The notes under the pieces are model-generated. The model was not told where the DNA came from. It searched no databases and saw only the letters and a program-made list of their open reading frames with translations. The position numbers and the translations under genes are program-made. A DNA stretch of 64,000 bases from Candidatus Omnitrophota bacterium (lineage in GTDB: Bacteria > Omnitrophota > Gorgyraeia > Zapsychrales > Zapsychraceae): assembly GCA_023247445.1 (NCBI GenBank), contig JAHFGL010000004.1, forward strand, positions 1,520 to 65,519, written 5' to 3'. Shown one piece after another: positions 37,319 through 45,910 of the stretch (position 1 is the first letter of the stretch; every line of letters starts with the position of its first letter).

Positions 37319-38455
37319 ATGCGAAAATTTTTATTGCTAAGCTATTGTTTTATTTTGGCTTCGGAATTGTTGACTAGTCGTGTTTATGCTGGCGGAAGTC
37401 TCCCACCACCATCACCATCAACCTCAACAAACGTTGCCCTTGACTTCACTGATTTTGTGGTGTTTGGTAACAACCGCGTTGTAATTGGCCGGGGCGTTGA
37501 TTTGGATGATGAAGTTATCGATCCCGATGATCCAGATGATTTGACAACAATTAACGGTGGGAATTTGGGAAGCAATAGAAATCTTTATACTTATGGCCGT
37601 ACCCAAACAGAAGGAATTTTTGCTGGGGAAGACTATCATGCTGGACGGGAAATTCAAGTTGATGGAGATATCGTTGCGAATAGTGAAGTAAGAATTTATT
37701 CAGATAGTCATATTGCTGGTGATATTGATTCCGGTGGAGATTTATATCTTGGATCACGTACGAATGTTGGAGGTGACATAACGGCCGCAGGCGACATGTT
37801 TTTGGGAACGGGAATTGTGATTGGTGGAACTCAAGCATCGGGTGGCACTCCAGATGTTTATGTCCCAGTGACACTTCCTCCACAAACGGTTTTTGGTGCA
37901 GGGGCAGTTGATGTTAGGTCGGGTTCAAATGAAACTGTTACGTTATTGCCAGGAAGCTATGATGATGTTCTTTTGGGATCATATAATGTTCTTAATCTCA
38001 CTTCTGGTAAATATTATTTAGATTCTTTTCATCTAGGAGCTTATAGTATTATTAATTTAGATTTGAGTGGAGGGAGTTTTGAGATGCATCTTGTTCGAGA
38101 TGTAAAACTCGGACGATATACAACAATGTTTTTAACGAATGGAACACCAGATCAAGTTCTTTGGGATGTAGGCACGAGTTGGCATTCTTATGGGTATGCG
38201 ACTCTTTATGGAACTGTTTTTGCTCAAAATGATATTGTGATTGGCCGGGGCAATAACATTACTGGAGCACTTTATGCCGCGGATCAGATACATATCTATG
38301 GAAATAGTGTGATTAATTTTGATTTGTATTGTGAACTTACACATGCTGGATGCGATGACCCTCCAATAACAAGCGCTGTTCCTGAGCCAGGAACGATGGC
38401 GTTGTTGGGATCTGGCTTGCTTGGGGCATTTAGATTTCGAAGAAAGAAAACGTAG
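37319..38455 (+). CDS. PEP-CTERM surface protein, paralog 2
   Basis: Same architecture; VPEPGTMALLGSGLLGAFRFRRKK. Confidence 0.9.
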   Translation: MRKFLLLSYCFILASELLTSRVYAGGSLPPPSPSTSTNVALDFTDFVVFGNNRVVIGRGVDLDDEVIDPDDPDDLTTINGGNLGSNRNLYTYGRTQTEGIFAGEDYHAGREIQVDGDIVANSEVRIYSDSHIAGDIDSGGDLYLGSRTNVGGDITAAGDMFLGTGIVIGGTQASGGTPDVYVPVTLPPQTVFGAGAVDVRSGSNETVTLLPGSYDDVLLGSYNVLNLTSGKYYLDSFHLGAYSIINLDLSGGSFEMHLVRDVKLGRYTTMFLTNGTPDQVLWDVGTSWHSYGYATLYGTVFAQNDIVIGRGNNITGALYAADQIHIYGNSVINFDLYCELTHAGCDDPPITSAVPEPGTMALLGSGLLGAFRFRRKKT

Positions 38456-38483
38456 TAGGAAAAATATTAGATTTTGGGTTTAA

Positions 38484-38519
38484 AATAAAGCAGATTACTT
38501 AAATGTAATCTGCTTTATT
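38484..38519 (+). terminator. Hairpin terminator after paralog 2
   Basis: AATAAAGCAGATTAC-ttaaat-GTAATCTGCTTTATT; repeated at about 41126. Confidence 0.78.
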
Positions 38520-38524
38520 GGTTG

Positions 38525-38580
38525 TGTCCAACAGTGTCCTACCTTGTCATATTGACAACCTTGTGTTCATAGTTTATCCT
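38525..38580 (+). promoter_or_regulatory. Promoter with three phased TGTC(C/A) repeats, copy 2
   Basis: TGTCC at 38525 and 38535, TGTCA at 38545; TTGACA at 38552; 17-nt spacer; TATCCT at 38575. Confidence 0.7.
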
Positions 38581-38729
38581 TTCACTAATTCATTCAAAGA
38601 GTCATAAATAAATTAGACAAATTGTTGGTGTTCTTAATCGACAATATCCGATGTTGTTATCTTGACAGTTTTTAGATAATATTTTATGCTTTGCCACATT
38701 TCAAAATTAGTATAAAGGGGCGAGAAATA

Positions 38730-39875
38730 ATGAAGAAAATTCTATCAACAATTTTTATTTTAGGTTTATCGATTTTGCTGCCAATGACAGCGCATGCCGG
38801 TGGGGGTCTCCCTACACCAAGCGCACCAGCGACGACGGATTTTACATTTAGCGATTTTGCTGTCTTTGGTGGAAATCGTGTTGTTCTTGGTCGTGGTATT
38901 GATGCCTCTGATGATGATCCAGATGATGTTACGCCTGAAGATCCAAATGATCCTATCATTGTAAACGGTGGGAATATTGGAAGTAATAACAATATTCACG
39001 TTTATGGAAGAACTGATACTGAGAGTATTGTGGGAGGCGGACGATTTGTAGGAGGGCATAGGATCGATGTCAATGGGGATGTTATTTTTAATGAAAATGT
39101 ATTGATTTATGGGAATAGTCATATTACTGGGGATGTCCAAGCTGGAGGAGATTTAACACTTGGTCGTGAGATCACCGTTGGTGGTGATGTAACGGCCGGT
39201 GGAAGCATTAATTTAGGGCCTTTTGATTCTATTGGAGGGGCAGTAACCGCAAACGGAACACCTACAGTTTTTTCCCCAGTTAGTTTGCCTCCAGAAACAG
39301 TATTTGGCCATGGAACTGTCGATGTTCGCACGGGAGATTATGCTACAACAACGCTTTTACCAGGGTCCTATGATGATCTGATTATGGGAGATCACAATGT
39401 TCTAAATTTGTCAGCAGGGAAATATTATATTGATCGTTTACGCATGCTTTCAAGTAGTATCATTAATATTGACCTTTCGGGTGGATCTTTTGAACTTTAT
39501 GTGACCAATGGTGTTTCTCTTGGTCGATATATGGATATGAATTTGATTAATGGTTCAGCTGAAGATGTTTATATTGAAACCAACAATTGGCATAGCTATT
39601 CTTATGCCACTTTATATGGCACAATTTTTGCCCATAATAGTATTGTTGTTGGACGTAAAACTCATCTCACAGGGGCTCTTTATGCAGAGAATGGTATCCA
39701 TGTTTATGGTGGATCGCGTATTGATTTTGATTTAGCCTGTCATCTTGATTCTGACCAGGAACAGTGTCAACCCCCGCCAACAACATCAGCTGTTCCTGAA
39801 CCCGCCTCGATGGCTTTACTAGGTTCTGGTTTATTAGGGGCATTTGGATTAAGAAAAAAGAAAGCTAAAGCATAA
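38730..39875 (+). CDS. PEP-CTERM surface protein, paralog 3
   Basis: MKK signal peptide, AGGGLP, VPEPASMALLGSGLLG. Confidence 0.9.
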   Translation: MKKILSTIFILGLSILLPMTAHAGGGLPTPSAPATTDFTFSDFAVFGGNRVVLGRGIDASDDDPDDVTPEDPNDPIIVNGGNIGSNNNIHVYGRTDTESIVGGGRFVGGHRIDVNGDVIFNENVLIYGNSHITGDVQAGGDLTLGREITVGGDVTAGGSINLGPFDSIGGAVTANGTPTVFSPVSLPPETVFGHGTVDVRTGDYATTTLLPGSYDDLIMGDHNVLNLSAGKYYIDRLRMLSSSIINIDLSGGSFELYVTNGVSLGRYMDMNLINGSAEDVYIETNNWHSYSYATLYGTIFAHNSIVVGRKTHLTGALYAENGIHVYGGSRIDFDLACHLDSDQEQCQPPPTTSAVPEPASMALLGSGLLGAFGLRKKKAKA

Positions 39876-39903
39876 TAAATTTAAAAATTTAGTCTTTGAT
39901 AAG

Positions 39904-39946
39904 TAATAAAAATAGTGGATTTCAAAAGAATCCACTATTTTTATTA
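39904..39946. terminator. Hairpin terminator after paralog 3
   Basis: 18-bp inverted repeat TAATAAAAATAGTGGATT...AATCCACTATTTTTATTA. Confidence 0.72.
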
Positions 39947-39979
39947 TTTCCTAAATTATTATTAAATAATACTAAAAAA

Positions 39980-41098
39980 ATGATGAGAAAGTTTATTGTA
40001 ATACTTTATATGGTTAGCTTTATGTTGGCTTTTCCTATTTATGCCAATGCTGGGGGAGGATTACCATCTCCAAGTTCTACTACAGATTTTACCATTAGTG
40101 ATTTTGTTGTCTTTGGTAAAAATTCCGTTGTTATTGATCAAAATGTTGATGTCACAGGCGGAACAGTTTCTACGACCAGCGGTCCATTAGTCGGCAGTAA
40201 CGGTGATGTTACTCTATGGCAAGGGGTTCAATCCCATGGTGTTGTAGGTGGGGATGATCTTGTCATTGGATCTGATGATGTTGATGTTTACGGTGATGTG
40301 GTTTTTAATGGTGATGTCCAAGTTTATCAAGACAGCCAGATCCATGGTGATGTTGATGCGGGCGGCAATGTCAATACAGGTTCAAATGATTATTTTGGTG
40401 GGGATATTACAGCTGATGGCACAATCACTCTAGGGACTCTCACAAGCGTGGTAGGAGCGGTCACACCCAATGGTAACCCAGATACTTATTCCCCGGTAGC
40501 TTTGCTCCCAGAGACAAGCTTTAGTGCGGGAACCTTGTCATCCCAAGATAGAAATATCACAGGATTTAATGCCTCGCTTAATCTTGCCCCAGGGACCTAT
40601 CGAGATGTGAGTTTTAATCGGCCTAATGCGACTTTAAACCTGACCTCAGGAACGTATTATTTACGTAATTTAACGATGCCGGTAGATAGTATTATTAACA
40701 TCAATTTAAGTGGCGGAGATTTTAAGTTGTATGTGCTTCAGGATATATCTCTTAATCACGATGTTAATATGTTTTTAGTCAATGGAACAGCAGATGATGT
40801 TTATATAGAAGTTGCTCATAATTGGTTTTCTGGTGAACGAGATACGTTTTATGGAACAGTTTTTGCCCATAACGATATTACAGTTAATGCCAGTTCCCAT
40901 GTGACAGGGGCGCTTTATAGTGAACATAATATTTTTATTGGTCGTGACTCAGTGATCAACTGTGATGTTTATAATAATGATGATGATTGCAATGGACCCG
41001 ATGTCGTCACGCCTTCAGAGGTTCCCGAACCAGCAACGATGGTGTTATTAGGATCTGGTTTACTTGGGGCGCTTGGATTTCGAAGAAAGAAAGTTTAA
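39980..41098 (+). CDS. PEP-CTERM surface protein, paralog 4
   Basis: Signal peptide, AGGGLP, VPEPATMVLLGSGLLG. Confidence 0.9.
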   Translation: MMRKFIVILYMVSFMLAFPIYANAGGGLPSPSSTTDFTISDFVVFGKNSVVIDQNVDVTGGTVSTTSGPLVGSNGDVTLWQGVQSHGVVGGDDLVIGSDDVDVYGDVVFNGDVQVYQDSQIHGDVDAGGNVNTGSNDYFGGDITADGTITLGTLTSVVGAVTPNGNPDTYSPVALLPETSFSAGTLSSQDRNITGFNASLNLAPGTYRDVSFNRPNATLNLTSGTYYLRNLTMPVDSIININLSGGDFKLYVLQDISLNHDVNMFLVNGTADDVYIEVAHNWFSGERDTFYGTVFAHNDITVNASSHVTGALYSEHNIFIGRDSVINCDVYNNDDDCNGPDVVTPSEVPEPATMVLLGSGLLGALGFRRKKV

Positions 41099-41121
41099 CT
41101 AGGGAAATATTATTAGGATTT

Positions 41122-41167
41122 AAAAAATGAAGCAGATTGCTTAAATGTAATCTGCTTTATTTTTTTT
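41122..41167 (+). terminator. Rho-independent terminator after paralog 4
   Basis: AAGCAGATTGC-ttaaat-GTAATCTGCTT followed by a T-tract. Confidence 0.8.
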
Positions 41168-41207
41168 GCTTGTAACTTTTTATTTTCAAAGTAGAATAAC
41201 CCCAGTT

Positions 41208-41792
41208 ATGAGTCCTAAAAGTCTTAAGCGCTGTGTTTGGCCGGGCGATGATCTTTTATATATAGCCTATCATGATCAAGAATGGGGCGTTCCCGTTCAT
41301 GATGATCGTCTTTTCTTTGAAGCGCTCATTTTAGATGGCGCCCAAGCAGGTTTAAGTTGGATTACGATATTAAGAAAGAGAGAAAATTATCGCAAGGCCT
41401 TTGACCAGTTTGATGTCAAAAAAGTCGCGCGGTATGATTCAACAAAGATCAAAGAGTTGCTCTCAAATGAAGGAATTGTGCGCAACCGACTTAAAGTTGC
41501 ATCAGCCGTCACCAATGCCCAGGCATTCTTAAAAGTACAAAAAGAATTTGGAAGTTTTGATAAATATATTTGGCAGTTTGTTTCTTATAAATCGATTCAA
41601 AATCGTCGACGCTCTGTGAAAGATTTACCAACAAAAACTAAAGAATCTGATGCGATGAGTAAGGATTTGAAGGCGCGTGGATTTAAGTTTGTTGGATCGA
41701 CCATTTGTTATGCCTTTATGCAAGCCGTTGGAATGGTCAATGATCATACGGTTGAATGCTTTCGTCACGCACAACTTTCCAATGCATCCTAA
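41208..41792 (+). CDS. tag: DNA-3-methyladenine glycosylase I
   Basis: RCVW, YHDQEWGVP, QAGLSWITIL, FMQAVGMVNDH. Confidence 0.95.
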   Translation: MSPKSLKRCVWPGDDLLYIAYHDQEWGVPVHDDRLFFEALILDGAQAGLSWITILRKRENYRKAFDQFDVKKVARYDSTKIKELLSNEGIVRNRLKVASAVTNAQAFLKVQKEFGSFDKYIWQFVSYKSIQNRRRSVKDLPTKTKESDAMSKDLKARGFKFVGSTICYAFMQAVGMVNDHTVECFRHAQLSNAS

Positions 41793-42102
41793 ATATAAAA
41801 GAATGCTCAAAGGCATGTTGGCCAAGGAAAAGGCCAAGAAGAAAAGTAAAGTAAAAGAAAAATGGTTTTTGTATATTTTAGAGTGTAAGGATAAAACGTT
41901 TTATACGGGTGTGACGAATAATTTAGAACGACGGCTTAAGATGCATAACAGTGGCAAAGCCTCGCGATATACTCGAACCCGTCGGCCAGTTAAGTTTATT
42001 TATCAAGAGATTTGTGGTAGCCGAACGCAGGCCTTGGTTCGCGAATGTGCGGTTAAAGCCCTGCCGCGTAAGAAAAAACAAGAGTTGATTATTAGTGCAT
42101 AG
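41782..42102 (+). CDS. GIY-YIG nuclease family protein (UPF0213-like)
   Basis: WFLYILEC.D.TFYTGVTNNLERRLKMHNSGKASRYTR. Confidence 0.9.
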   Translation: MHPKYKRMLKGMLAKEKAKKKSKVKEKWFLYILECKDKTFYTGVTNNLERRLKMHNSGKASRYTRTRRPVKFIYQEICGSRTQALVRECAVKALPRKKKQELIISA

Positions 42103-42114
42103 GAAGGAATAAAC

Positions 42115-42507
42115 ATGGCGACATTGTTTACTCGAATTGCTAAAGGTGAAATCCCGTGCCATAAAATTTTGGAAGATGAGAATTATCTCGCTTTTTTGGA
42201 TGTGCGGCCGATTAATCCTGGACATACGCTGGTTATTCCTAAAAAAGAAATTGATTATATTTTTGATGTAGAAGACGATCTCTTAAGCGGCCTTATGGTT
42301 TTTGCTAAAAAGACAGCCAAGATGATTAAAAAAGAAATTTCGTGTAAGAAGGTTGGGATGATGGTGGCCGGCTTAGAAGTTCCACATGTTCACATTCATT
42401 TGATTCCCATTATGGAAGTCACCGATTTAAATTTTGCTAAAGCTAAACCAACGCTTGCGGAAGAATTAGCTAAAGTCGCAGAGCAAATCAGGAAACATCA
42501 GAAATGA
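42115..42507 (+). CDS. HIT family hydrolase
   Basis: PGHTLVIPK, HVHIH triad. Confidence 0.94.
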   Translation: MATLFTRIAKGEIPCHKILEDENYLAFLDVRPINPGHTLVIPKKEIDYIFDVEDDLLSGLMVFAKKTAKMIKKEISCKKVGMMVAGLEVPHVHIHLIPIMEVTDLNFAKAKPTLAEELAKVAEQIRKHQK

Positions 42508-44138
42508 TAGCCGCTAAGGGAGTAACATTACAATACGGGCAACGACGTTTGTTTGAAGACGTCAACATTGTCTTCTCGCCAGGGAATTGCTATGGCTTAA
42601 TTGGGGCCAACGGTTCTGGGAAGTCTACATTTTTAAAAATTCTTTCGGGAGAGATTGATTCAACCATGGGAGAAGTTGCCATTGATCGCGGTAAGCGGCT
42701 TTCGATGTTAAAACAGGATCAATTTGCTTTTGATGAGGTGACTGTTTTAACAACCGTGATCATGGGACACAAAGAACTTTATGATATTCTTCAGGAGAAA
42801 GATGCGATTTATGCCAAAGCTGATTTTTCTGATGCCGATGGTATCCGCGCTTCTGAACTCGAGGCCAAATTTGCCGAGATGAATGGTTGGGATGCCGAGA
42901 CCGAGGCCGCGCAGCTTTTAGGTAACGTAGGCATCAAGGAAGAATTTCATCAGATGACAATGAAGCAGCTTCAGGCTGGACAAAAGATTCGTGTTCTTTT
43001 GGCCCAAGCCTTATTTGGTACACCGGACATTCTTCTTTTAGATGAGCCTACCAACCAACTTGATGTGGATACCTGTTTATGGCTGGAAGAATTTTTGTGC
43101 GAATTTCAAAATACGGCCATTGTCGTTTCTCACGATCGACATTTTTTAGATAAAGTTTGTACCCACGTTGCTGATATTGATTTTGGAAAGATTCAGCTTT
43201 ATCCAGGAAATTATACGTTCTGGAAAAAATCAAGTGAGCTGGCGCTACGCCAACGCGGTGATAAGAATAAAAAGGTTGAAGAGAAGAGAAAAGAGCTGCA
43301 GGATTTTATTGCCCGCTTTAGCGCCAACGCTTCGAAATCTAAACAAGCGACCTCGCGAAAGAAGATTTTAGAAAAGCTAACCTTTGATGATATCAAACCG
43401 TCTTTGCGTAAATATCCTTATGTTTCATTCAAGTTCGAGAAAGACGCGGGAAATGATATTGTAAAGATTGAAAAATTGACGAAAAGTATCGATGGAAAGT
43501 TAATTTTTAAAGACCTAGATATTCATATCAACAAAGGCGATAAGATTGCGTTTGTTGGACGAAATGATATCGCTAAGACCACATTATTTCAGATTTTGAT
43601 GGGAGAGCTCACGGCTGATTCGGGAACGTTTAAATGGGGCATATCCGCTTCTCAGGCGTATTTCCCTAAAGATAATAAAAAGTTTTTTGATGTCGATTTA
43701 AACTTGATTGACTGGCTGCGCCAATTTTCGAAAGAAAAAGAAGAAAATTTTATCCGTGGATTCTTAGGGCGGATGTTATTTACTGGCGAAGAGTCGCTGA
43801 AGAAGGCCTCGGTTCTTTCTGGAGGTGAAAAGGTCCGCTGCATGCTCGCGCGGATGATGCTCGTTGGCGCTAACGTCGTTATTTTAGATGAACCCACCAA
43901 TCACCTTGACCTTGAATCCATCAGCTCGCTTAACGATGGACTGGAAGATTTCAAGGGCACAGTTTTATTTTCTTCGCATGACCACCAATTTGTTGACACC
44001 ATCGCCAACCGTATTATTGAAATCACCCCTAACGGTTTTCTCGATAAGCCGGGCATGACCTTTGATGAGTATTTGACGAGCGAAAGTGTTCGCCAACGTC
44101 GGGATGAGCTTTATCAAGAAGAACACGCGAGTTTGTAG
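42504..44138 (+). CDS. ybiT: ABC-F family ATPase (YbiT/YkpA-like)
   Basis: Two ABC domains, no TM segments; RFSANASKSKQATSR linker. Confidence 0.88.
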   Translation: MIAAKGVTLQYGQRRLFEDVNIVFSPGNCYGLIGANGSGKSTFLKILSGEIDSTMGEVAIDRGKRLSMLKQDQFAFDEVTVLTTVIMGHKELYDILQEKDAIYAKADFSDADGIRASELEAKFAEMNGWDAETEAAQLLGNVGIKEEFHQMTMKQLQAGQKIRVLLAQALFGTPDILLLDEPTNQLDVDTCLWLEEFLCEFQNTAIVVSHDRHFLDKVCTHVADIDFGKIQLYPGNYTFWKKSSELALRQRGDKNKKVEEKRKELQDFIARFSANASKSKQATSRKKILEKLTFDDIKPSLRKYPYVSFKFEKDAGNDIVKIEKLTKSIDGKLIFKDLDIHINKGDKIAFVGRNDIAKTTLFQILMGELTADSGTFKWGISASQAYFPKDNKKFFDVDLNLIDWLRQFSKEKEENFIRGFLGRMLFTGEESLKKASVLSGGEKVRCMLARMMLVGANVVILDEPTNHLDLESISSLNDGLEDFKGTVLFSSHDHQFVDTIANRIIEITPNGFLDKPGMTFDEYLTSESVRQRRDELYQEEHASL

Positions 44139-44141
44139 ATT

Positions 44142-44179
44142 TATGCCCGCTTGACAAGGCGGAGCATATAGTGTATTTT
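44142..44179 (+). promoter_or_regulatory. Probable promoter of the metal-efflux operon, overlapped by an imperfect inverted repeat
   Basis: TTGACA at 44151, 17-nt spacer, TATTTT; TATGCCCGCTTG...CAAGGCGGAGCATA. Confidence 0.45.
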
Positions 44180-44187
44180 TTGAGTGT

Positions 44188-44562
44188 ATGAAAAGAGTTT
44201 ATAAAACATCAGTTCCCTTTTTGTTGGTTGCCTTCGTGGCGGCTTCTATATTATTGTGCTGCTACAAGCCAGCCTCGGCTGCGGTTAATGTCAAAGTTCC
44301 TGCCTGCCATAAAGCTCAAAAATCACAAACTCCTAGTCAAGATCATAAATGTTGTAAGAAGAACATGATGATGCAATCAGCTGTTCTTCATCAGGATTTC
44401 AAAGTATCCAATTTAAATCAACAAAGTTATGACTTCTTGGTGTTAGGATTAAGCTTAACGTCAACGTTAATCAAAGTTTCATCGCAATACCGACTCCCCA
44501 TATCTCCTCAGAAGTTTGCCTCGATCTCCATCTTCCTTAAAACACACACCCTTCGTATTTAA
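44188..44562 (+). CDS. Cys/His/Met-rich hypothetical protein upstream of cusB
   Basis: Hydrophobic N-terminus; CC, CH, HKCC and MMM clusters; ends LRI. Confidence 0.65.
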   Translation: MKRVYKTSVPFLLVAFVAASILLCCYKPASAAVNVKVPACHKAQKSQTPSQDHKCCKKNMMMQSAVLHQDFKVSNLNQQSYDFLVLGLSLTSTLIKVSSQYRLPISPQKFASISIFLKTHTLRI

Positions 44563-44634
44563 TAATTCATTCCAAAAATTTTCTAAAAAGAATAATAGAT
44601 TCTCTGTCGTTAGTTTTAATTAAAGGAGTGCGAT

Positions 44635-45909
44635 ATGAAGGGAAATAAGAATATAATTTTGGGCGTGGTCTTTTTAGTGGTTATTGTCATTGGATTTATA
44701 ATGACGAAAGAGTCGAGAGAACATAAGTTAACGCACACTGCTTCTGATGTTTATTATTGCCCCATGCATCCGCAAGTCATCAGTGATAAGCCAGGGAATT
44801 GTCCGATTTGCAGTATGAAGTTGGTTAAAAAGGAATTTTCTAAGAATTCATCTGTTCCAAAAGTTACACAGACCAAAGAGAAAAAAATTCTTTATTGGAC
44901 GGATCCGATGATTCCTGGATATAAAGCAGAAGGTCCGGGAAAGTCGCCGATGGGGATGGATTTGGTTCCTGTGTTCGAAGAGGGATCAAATAAAATAACA
45001 TCTGATAATTCTGTTCAAGGGTATTCAACGATTTCAATCGACACGCAAAAACAACAATTGATGGGCGTTCGAACCGTGCCCGTTGTGAAGAAAACATTAA
45101 CCAAAACGCTTCACGCGTATGGTTATGTGGCGCATGATTTAGAATTGTATCAGGCCCAACTTGAATACATTGAGGCCTGGCGTGTGTTTTATGCCTTTAT
45201 GTCCCGTCGACAAATTAAAGATGAATTTCGTAGTGATTGGAGACAATACTATGTTAATCAACCAGCGCATGGGCGCTGGCTTAGTAACGATAAACTTAAA
45301 GCGCAAGAAAGACTTATTAAGGCTGAGTATGAATTAAGGCATATGGGATTGACCGATACGCAGCTGGAACAGCTACGAAGAATCAAATATGGACAACCGT
45401 GGGTTCAATCCGATTTATTATTCTTTGAAAAAGATCAGCCATTCTGGATTTACGCGCAAGTTCTGGAAGTGGATTTAGGATTTATTGCCGCGGGACAAAA
45501 AGTCATCGCAACGATTCCAACGTATGGTGAAACAGTGGAAGGCATCGTGCGCAGTGTCTCGCCCGTTGTTGATCCCACGACACGCACTTCGCGCGTGCGC
45601 ATTGAACTACCAAATTACAAAGGTGAATTAAGTGTAAACATGTATGTTAACGTGGATATGCCTGTTGAATTAGATGAGGCGTTCGTGATTCCTCGTGAGG
45701 CCATTATGGATACAGGAATAAGCAAAATAGTTTTTGTACAAACCCAAGATGGCGTCTTTGAACCACGTAGTATTCAAACAGGTTTTGAAGGTGATGATAT
45801 GGTGGTTGTGAAATCTGGATTAAAAGAAGGCGAGACGATTGTATCCTCAGGCAATTTTCTTTTGGATTCAGAAAGTCGCTTAGAAGGATCACTATCAGGA
45901 GGGCAATAA
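44635..45909 (+). CDS. cusB: CusB-like RND periplasmic adaptor with heavy-metal-binding domains
   Basis: YYCPMHP...CPICSM, YWTDPM...KSPMGMDL, NFLLDSES. Confidence 0.9.
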   Translation: MKGNKNIILGVVFLVVIVIGFIMTKESREHKLTHTASDVYYCPMHPQVISDKPGNCPICSMKLVKKEFSKNSSVPKVTQTKEKKILYWTDPMIPGYKAEGPGKSPMGMDLVPVFEEGSNKITSDNSVQGYSTISIDTQKQQLMGVRTVPVVKKTLTKTLHAYGYVAHDLELYQAQLEYIEAWRVFYAFMSRRQIKDEFRSDWRQYYVNQPAHGRWLSNDKLKAQERLIKAEYELRHMGLTDTQLEQLRRIKYGQPWVQSDLLFFEKDQPFWIYAQVLEVDLGFIAAGQKVIATIPTYGETVEGIVRSVSPVVDPTTRTSRVRIELPNYKGELSVNMYVNVDMPVELDEAFVIPREAIMDTGISKIVFVQTQDGVFEPRSIQTGFEGDDMVVVKSGLKEGETIVSSGNFLLDSESRLEGSLSGGQ

Positions 45910-45910
45910 T

